Shown piece by piece: positions 5,531-10,132 of a stretch of DNA of 10,132 nt. The stretch covers positions 1,380,919 through 1,391,050 of the forward strand of contig CP070751.1 in the NCBI GenBank assembly GCA_020348445.1. Reading direction: 5' to 3'. Under the pieces are notes generated by a model, which made no database searches, had not been told where the DNA came from, and worked only from the letters and a program-made list of their open reading frames with translations. The position numbers and the translations under genes were made by a program. This DNA comes from Thermoplasmata archaeon. Its GTDB lineage: Archaea; Thermoplasmatota; Thermoplasmata; GCA-020350865. Within the stretch, counting starts at the first letter, position 1. Each line of letters begins with the position of its first letter.

Positions 5531-6655
5531 TTGATAGAAATGTTCAAGGAGTGGTATGAAAACAAACACGAATACGCAAAGCACTGGAAAGAAAAGACTG
5601 GCGGAAAGGTGATGGGCTATTTCTGCACGTACGTTCCCGAGGAGATTCTCATTGCGGCTAACATCCTACCAGTTCGGATTCTTGGAAGCCACGAGCCCCA
5701 GGACGTGACAGAGCCCCATATCTTTGCAATGTACTGTCCGTTCTGCAGGGACTGTCTGGCCCAGGGACTAAAGGGCAGATACGATTATCTGGACGGCACC
5801 ATGATATCCCAATCATGTTTGCATGTAAGGCAGGCCTTCACGAGCTGGCAGCTGCATATTCCAACAGAATACAGTTACTATCTACCCATGCCCAATCATG
5901 TCCAGAGTCCAAGGGCAGTGGAATTTCTAAAAGGGGAGCTTGAGAGGTTCAAGAAATCCATTGAGGATTGGACAGGAAAAGAGATTACTGATGAAGATCT
6001 GGCTCGCGGGATAGAGATCGTTAACAAGAACAGGAGACTCATGAAACAGGTTTACGAGCTGAGAAAAAAAGAAAAGCCACCTCTAACTGGTCTTGAAGCC
6101 ATGTACATGGTGGTATCCAGCCAGATGGTTGATAAAGAGGAGCACAACAGGATCTTGGAGGACACGCTAAAGGAACTAGAAAACAGAGATATTGGAAAAG
6201 AAGTTGGACAGAGATTGATGATCATAGGAAGCGAGGACGACGATACAGAGTTCATCAGCATGGTTGAATCCCTAGGTGCTACATTTGTTGTGGACGACCA
6301 CTGCACAGGGACGAGGTACTTCTGGAACGAGGTGGAACCTCAAGAGGACAAGCTAAAAGCCATCGCAGAAAGATATGTCAATAGACCAGCTTGCCCAAGT
6401 AAAGACTGGCCCGAGCGCACGAGGCTGCCGCACATTCTGAATCTAGCAAAGGATTACAATGTAAGCGGTGCTATTTTGATTCAGCAGAAGTTCTGCGACC
6501 CCCATGAGTTGGACATCCCCGCTATCAACAAGTACCTCAAGGAGAACGGTATCCCCAGCCTGTTTTTGGAATTTGATGTGACTGTTCCAATAGGCCAGTT
6601 CAAGATTCGAACAGAGGCATTTTTGGAAATGCTGAGTGAGGAGGACCTGTTTTAG
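5531..6655 (+). CDS. bzdN: Benzoyl-CoA reductase, bzd-type, subunit N (BcrC/BadD homologue; 2-hydroxyacyl-CoA dehydratase fold)
   Basis: FKEWYENKHEYAKHWKEKTGGKVMGYFCTYVPEE, YCPFCRDCLAQGLKGRYDYLDG, DDHCTGTRYFW and QQKFCDPHELDIP match BzdN as I recall it. First of the N-O-P-Q-ferredoxin order. Start moved to TTG 5531 because GGAGG lies at 5520-5524. Confidence 0.88.
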   Translation: MIEMFKEWYENKHEYAKHWKEKTGGKVMGYFCTYVPEEILIAANILPVRILGSHEPQDVTEPHIFAMYCPFCRDCLAQGLKGRYDYLDGTMISQSCLHVRQAFTSWQLHIPTEYSYYLPMPNHVQSPRAVEFLKGELERFKKSIEDWTGKEITDEDLARGIEIVNKNRRLMKQVYELRKKEKPPLTGLEAMYMVVSSQMVDKEEHNRILEDTLKELENRDIGKEVGQRLMIIGSEDDDTEFISMVESLGATFVVDDHCTGTRYFWNEVEPQEDKLKAIAERYVNRPACPSKDWPERTRLPHILNLAKDYNVSGAILIQQKFCDPHELDIPAINKYLKENGIPSLFLEFDVTVPIGQFKIRTEAFLEMLSEEDLF

Positions 6656-6667
6656 GAGGTGAGATGC

Positions 6668-8017
6668 ATGGCTGAAGTAAAGTACAAAACCGAGAAATTG
6701 AAATGCTGGGACGAGGTAAAGAATATCAGAATGGATTACTACAAGAATTACACCGAAGCCCACGATACGGGTGGATTGAGATGGGCAGGTGGAGCCTGGA
6801 CCCTGGATGCGGTTCCTGCAGGTCTTGGTGAGGATGTTTATCCCATCACAAGCGAACCCTACGGTGCATCAATTGCCTTTGATAAGCAGCTTTCTTTAGA
6901 ATGTCTGGAGGCCACTGAAAAGGCGGGCTATGCACGGGATCTGTGTGCCTACATGCGCAATTACTGGGGCTCCATAATCCTGGATAAATTTGCATTCAAT
7001 TACAAGGACGGGGAATTTGGACCAAGGTTCAGGGGTGGCGAGGCCATAAGCTTTCCAAAACCGGATTTTTTATGGCAGGATCATATCTGCTGCTCGCATG
7101 CAAAGTGGTATCAGATAGTATCAGAGCTTGAGAAGGGAATACCCATGTTCTGCGTAGATGTGGGTGTGGGCCCATATACTGAGATTACAGACAACAGGGT
7201 AAATTACGTTGTTAACCAGCTAAAGGACGGCATTGAATGGATGGAGAAGACAACAGGCAGAGATTACGATGACGAGCTTCTCATAAAGGCCGTGTACAAC
7301 CACTGTCGGGCCACTTCGAAATGGGCCGAGGTATGCGCCCTCAACAAGAACATCCCAGCTCCGCTGGATGAGAAGACCATGTACTCCCTGTATGTCCTTG
7401 GAACACTGCATAAGGCAAGCCAGAGAGTAGCTGACTTCTATGAAAAGATACTCCTTCCTGAGGTAAAAGACAGGGTAAAGAGAGAAATTGCAGCAGTGCC
7501 CAATGAGCAGTGTAGGGTCATGTCAGATACTCAACCTCCCTGGGGTTTTCTCAAGGTCTTTCGTTATCTTGAGCAGTACGGCTGTGTGTCCATAGGTTCC
7601 TTGTATACCTTCGGATTAATTGGTATTTGGGAGGAGAAGGAGGACGGAACCTGGGGTCCCAAACCCACTCCACAGGAAGCTGGTATAGAACTCACCAACA
7701 GGGATGATGCATTGGATTACTATGTCAGATGGGAGCTAAACAAACCTGAGTGGCAGCACTTCTACTCCCCTCATCTAAAGAGCGAGATGATGATAAGAAT
7801 TGCAAAGGAATGGAAGTTAGACGGAGTGATGCTACATTACAATAGAGGATGCGAAGGCTTATCCTTGGGCATAGCCGAGAATCGATTGGCTCTGCTTAAG
7901 GCCGGTTTTCCCGTGATGACCTTCGAGGGGAACATGGGAGATGAAAGGGAATTTGATGAGGCCCGGACCACGGCCAGAATGGATGCTTTCATGGAGACAT
8001 TAGGAATCAAAAAATAG
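6668..8017 (+). CDS. bzdO: Benzoyl-CoA reductase, bzd-type, subunit O (BcrB/BadE homologue)
   Basis: [50 protein letters not shown] and [24 protein letters not shown] at 6655-6662 places the start at ATG 6668. Confidence 0.88.
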   Translation: MAEVKYKTEKLKCWDEVKNIRMDYYKNYTEAHDTGGLRWAGGAWTLDAVPAGLGEDVYPITSEPYGASIAFDKQLSLECLEATEKAGYARDLCAYMRNYWGSIILDKFAFNYKDGEFGPRFRGGEAISFPKPDFLWQDHICCSHAKWYQIVSELEKGIPMFCVDVGVGPYTEITDNRVNYVVNQLKDGIEWMEKTTGRDYDDELLIKAVYNHCRATSKWAEVCALNKNIPAPLDEKTMYSLYVLGTLHKASQRVADFYEKILLPEVKDRVKREIAAVPNEQCRVMSDTQPPWGFLKVFRYLEQYGCVSIGSLYTFGLIGIWEEKEDGTWGPKPTPQEAGIELTNRDDALDYYVRWELNKPEWQHFYSPHLKSEMMIRIAKEWKLDGVMLHYNRGCEGLSLGIAENRLALLKAGFPVMTFEGNMGDEREFDEARTTARMDAFMETLGIKK

Positions 8018-8039
8018 AGGTTCAAAAGGAGGTAACAAG

Positions 8040-8819
8040 ATGATAACAGCAGGTGTTGATTGCGGTGCAAAGAACACGAAGGTAGTGATATTAAAGGACG
8101 GTAACATCTTAAGCAAAAGCACAGTGCTTTCAGGTTTCGATCAAAAAGGTGCTGCAAAGCAGGCATTTGAGGAGGCACTGAAACAGGCCAACTTGGCAGC
8201 CGGGGATGTCGCCCATATCACGGCCACAGGAGCAGGAAAAAAGGAAGTTGATTTTGCCAACAATACAGTAACAGAGGTTGGAGCCGATGCAAAGGGTGTG
8301 AACAACCTATTCCCCTCGGTAAAAACCATCATAGATGTTGGAGCAGAAGAGGGCCGGGCAATAAAAAGCGATGGAAACGGCAAGGTCATCGACTTTGCAA
8401 TAAACGAGAAATGCGCAGCAGGTGCAGGGTCATTCACAGAATCCATGGCCAGGGCCTTGGAGGTTCCGGTGGAGGATCTGGGAGATCTGTCCCTCAAGTC
8501 CACAAGGAGTATCCAGATGAACGCCCAGTGTGCAGTGTTCGCAGAGTCCGAGGTCGTTACACTGGTTCATGCAAAGACTCCAAAGGAGGACATGGCAAAG
8601 GCGGTTCACGACGCCATTGCCAGCAGAATCACATCCATGGTAAGAAAAATCGGTGTGGAAAATGATGTGGCCCTGATAGGCGGTGTTGCTAAGAACAAGG
8701 GTTTTGTCAAGTCACTTAAGGATGACTTGGAAGTGGATTTGAAATTGCCGGAAGACCCTGAGTATGTAACTGCTTTGGGTGCGGCGATTGCTGCTTCCGA
8801 GCGAGCAGGAGGTGCATGA
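8040..8819 (+). CDS. bzdP: Benzoyl-CoA reductase, bzd-type, ATPase/activase subunit P (BcrD/BadG homologue)
   Basis: ASKHA ATPase motifs AGVDCGAKNTK, IDVGAEEGRAI and LIGGVAKN; cluster cysteines in NEKCAAGAG and AQCAVFAESE. RBS GGAGGT at 8028-8033. Confidence 0.85.
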   Translation: MITAGVDCGAKNTKVVILKDGNILSKSTVLSGFDQKGAAKQAFEEALKQANLAAGDVAHITATGAGKKEVDFANNTVTEVGADAKGVNNLFPSVKTIIDVGAEEGRAIKSDGNGKVIDFAINEKCAAGAGSFTESMARALEVPVEDLGDLSLKSTRSIQMNAQCAVFAESEVVTLVHAKTPKEDMAKAVHDAIASRITSMVRKIGVENDVALIGGVAKNKGFVKSLKDDLEVDLKLPEDPEYVTALGAAIAASERAGGA

Positions 8820-8820
8820 G

Positions 8821-9690
8821 ATGGCAGAGGAATATTGGAGATGGACAGAATCAAGGTGGACGGCACCTGATTTGGACTGGAAAAATGCGGATATTATCTC
8901 GGCTGGAGTGGATGTGGGTTCGGTCTCTTCCCAGGCTGTTGTCATGGCAGATGGAAAACTCTACGCATACAGCAATATGCGTACAGGATCAAGCAGTCCC
9001 GACAGTGCCAACAAGGCAATAAACTGGGCCATGGAGGATACTGGATTGAAATTGGAGGACCTTCAATATACTGTTGGAACAGGTTACGGCAGGGTCAATG
9101 TCCCTTTTGCCAATAGAGCCATAACAGAGATTGCCTGTCATGCAAGGGGTGCGAATTTCATGTACGGTCCTACAATTAGAACTGTTCTGGATATGGGCGG
9201 CCAGGACTGCAAGGCCATTCACTGCGATGAAAAAGGTAAGGTCACGGCATTTCTTATGAACGACAAATGTGCTGCAGGAACAGGCAGGGGAATGGAGGTC
9301 TTCGCTGATTTGCTATCTGTATCCATAAACGAGGTTGGAGAGCTTTCATTGAAGGTGGAAGAAGAGCCGGAGCCTGTTTCAAGTACCTGTGTCGTGTTCG
9401 CCAAATCAGAGGCTGCAGGTCTTCTTCGGGAAGGCTGGCCCAAGGAAAAGGTGCTTGCCGCATACTGCTCTGCCATGGCTCACAGGGTGGTTACTCTGCT
9501 TGAGCGAATCGGGATGGAAAAGGAGTTCGCCATTACAGGCGGCATTGCAAAGAACGTAGGTGTCGTAAACAGGCTTGAGAAAGAACTAGGTGTAAAAGCC
9601 CTTACTCCAAAATACGACACGCAGATTGCAGGTGCAATAGGTGGAGCACTTTTCGGCAAAGCCTTGGTAGAAAAAAGCAGGAAGAAATAA
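8821..9690 (+). CDS. bzdQ: Benzoyl-CoA reductase, bzd-type, ATPase/activase subunit Q (short BcrA/BadF homologue)
   Basis: MAEEYWRW N-terminus, AGVDVGSVSSQAV, GTGYGRVNVPFA, LDMGGQDCKAI, NDKCAAGTG and STCVVFAKSE. RBS GGAGGTG at 8808-8814 places the start at ATG 8821 rather than 8779. Confidence 0.88.
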   Translation: MAEEYWRWTESRWTAPDLDWKNADIISAGVDVGSVSSQAVVMADGKLYAYSNMRTGSSSPDSANKAINWAMEDTGLKLEDLQYTVGTGYGRVNVPFANRAITEIACHARGANFMYGPTIRTVLDMGGQDCKAIHCDEKGKVTAFLMNDKCAAGTGRGMEVFADLLSVSINEVGELSLKVEEEPEPVSSTCVVFAKSEAAGLLREGWPKEKVLAAYCSAMAHRVVTLLERIGMEKEFAITGGIAKNVGVVNRLEKELGVKALTPKYDTQIAGAIGGALFGKALVEKSRKK

Positions 9691-9729
9691 TCGTAAATCT
9701 CCTTCTTAATAATTTCAAGGAGGCAGGAT

Positions 9730-10017
9730 ATGATAGCAAATTATGGATATAAGGATGGCTCAGGCGAGTTCTTCATAAGCATTGATACTGATTGCTGCGA
9801 TGGCTGCGGAAAGTGCGTGGAGGCCTGTACATGGGGTGTCATGGCTGTTGGGGAGGACCAAAACGATCCCCTTCGTGAGGAGCCCGTGGCCAGGGTCTCT
9901 GAAGAGCACAGGAAGAAGATCAAGTACTCCTGCGCCCAATGCAAACCTGCATCAGGTGCCACAACACCACCGTGTATATTGTCCTGTGAACCTCAGGCTA
10001 TAAATCATTCGTGGTGA
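9730..10017 (+). CDS. bzdM: 2[4Fe-4S] ferredoxin of the BzdM type (probable electron donor to benzoyl-CoA reductase)
   Basis: ANYGYKDGSGEFFISIDTD N-terminus, CDGCGKCVEAC, CAQC-x10-CILSC and terminal HSW. Directly follows bzdQ; RBS GGAGG at 9719-9723. Confidence 0.8.
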   Translation: MIANYGYKDGSGEFFISIDTDCCDGCGKCVEACTWGVMAVGEDQNDPLREEPVARVSEEHRKKIKYSCAQCKPASGATTPPCILSCEPQAINHSW

Positions 10018-10025
10018 GGCAATCT

Positions 10026-10132
10026 ATGGAAGCCGGAAGCTCCGTATCTTCTGAGCAGATCAAAGCAATGATCGAAAAAAGAGGAAGAGATGTTGAATCG
10101 TTGATTATCATTCTTCAGGATATCCAGAAAGA
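10026..10132 (+). CDS. NuoE/BamG/HydC-like ([2Fe-2S] thioredoxin-like) subunit, N-terminal fragment running off the window end
   Basis: ATG at 10026 with GGTGAGG at 10013-10019. MEAGSSVSSEQIKAMIEKRGRDVESLIIILQDIQK matches the NuoE N-terminal 'I..Y......LI.ILQDIQ' pattern. Only 35 codons are visible, so the cysteine ligands are not seen. Confidence 0.65.
   Translation, partial: MEAGSSVSSEQIKAMIEKRGRDVESLIIILQDIQK

Noticed and set aside
5163-10003. Short alternative-frame and antisense ORFs overlapping GNAT, bzdNOPQ and the ferredoxin
   Set aside because: All overlap strongly supported genes and carry no motifs or RBSs of their own.

Overview
Archaeal-looking window (TATA-type promoters, GGAGGTGA ribosome-binding sites, DUF2080 gene, sequon-rich ectodomain; lineage not determinable, Thermoplasmatota is a guess) with two modules. 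Left (1-4518): (i) a minus-strand MacB/FtsX-type ABC permease gene that runs off the window edge and is missing from the ORF track, with four carboxypeptidase-regulatory-like beta-sandwich repeats in its extracellular domain; (ii) an uncalled 33-aa ORF (1740-1841) with its own TATA box and RBS; (iii) an 855-aa fusion of radical SAM + SPASM + PqqD-like RiPP recognition element + M50-type intramembrane zinc protease + C-terminal zinc ribbon. Together these look like a compact candidate archaeal RiPP (modified peptide) system, which is the most interesting signal here. A degenerate ~39-bp, strand-skewed tandem repeat (4567-4706) separates the modules. Right (4909-10132): an operon of DUF2080, a GNAT acetyltransferase, the four subunits of a bzd-type ATP-dependent (class I) benzoyl-CoA reductase (bzdNOPQ), its ferredoxin (bzdM) and the start of a NuoE-like gene, consistent with anaerobic aromatic degradation. 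All family assignments are from manual motif reading and recall, not database searches.
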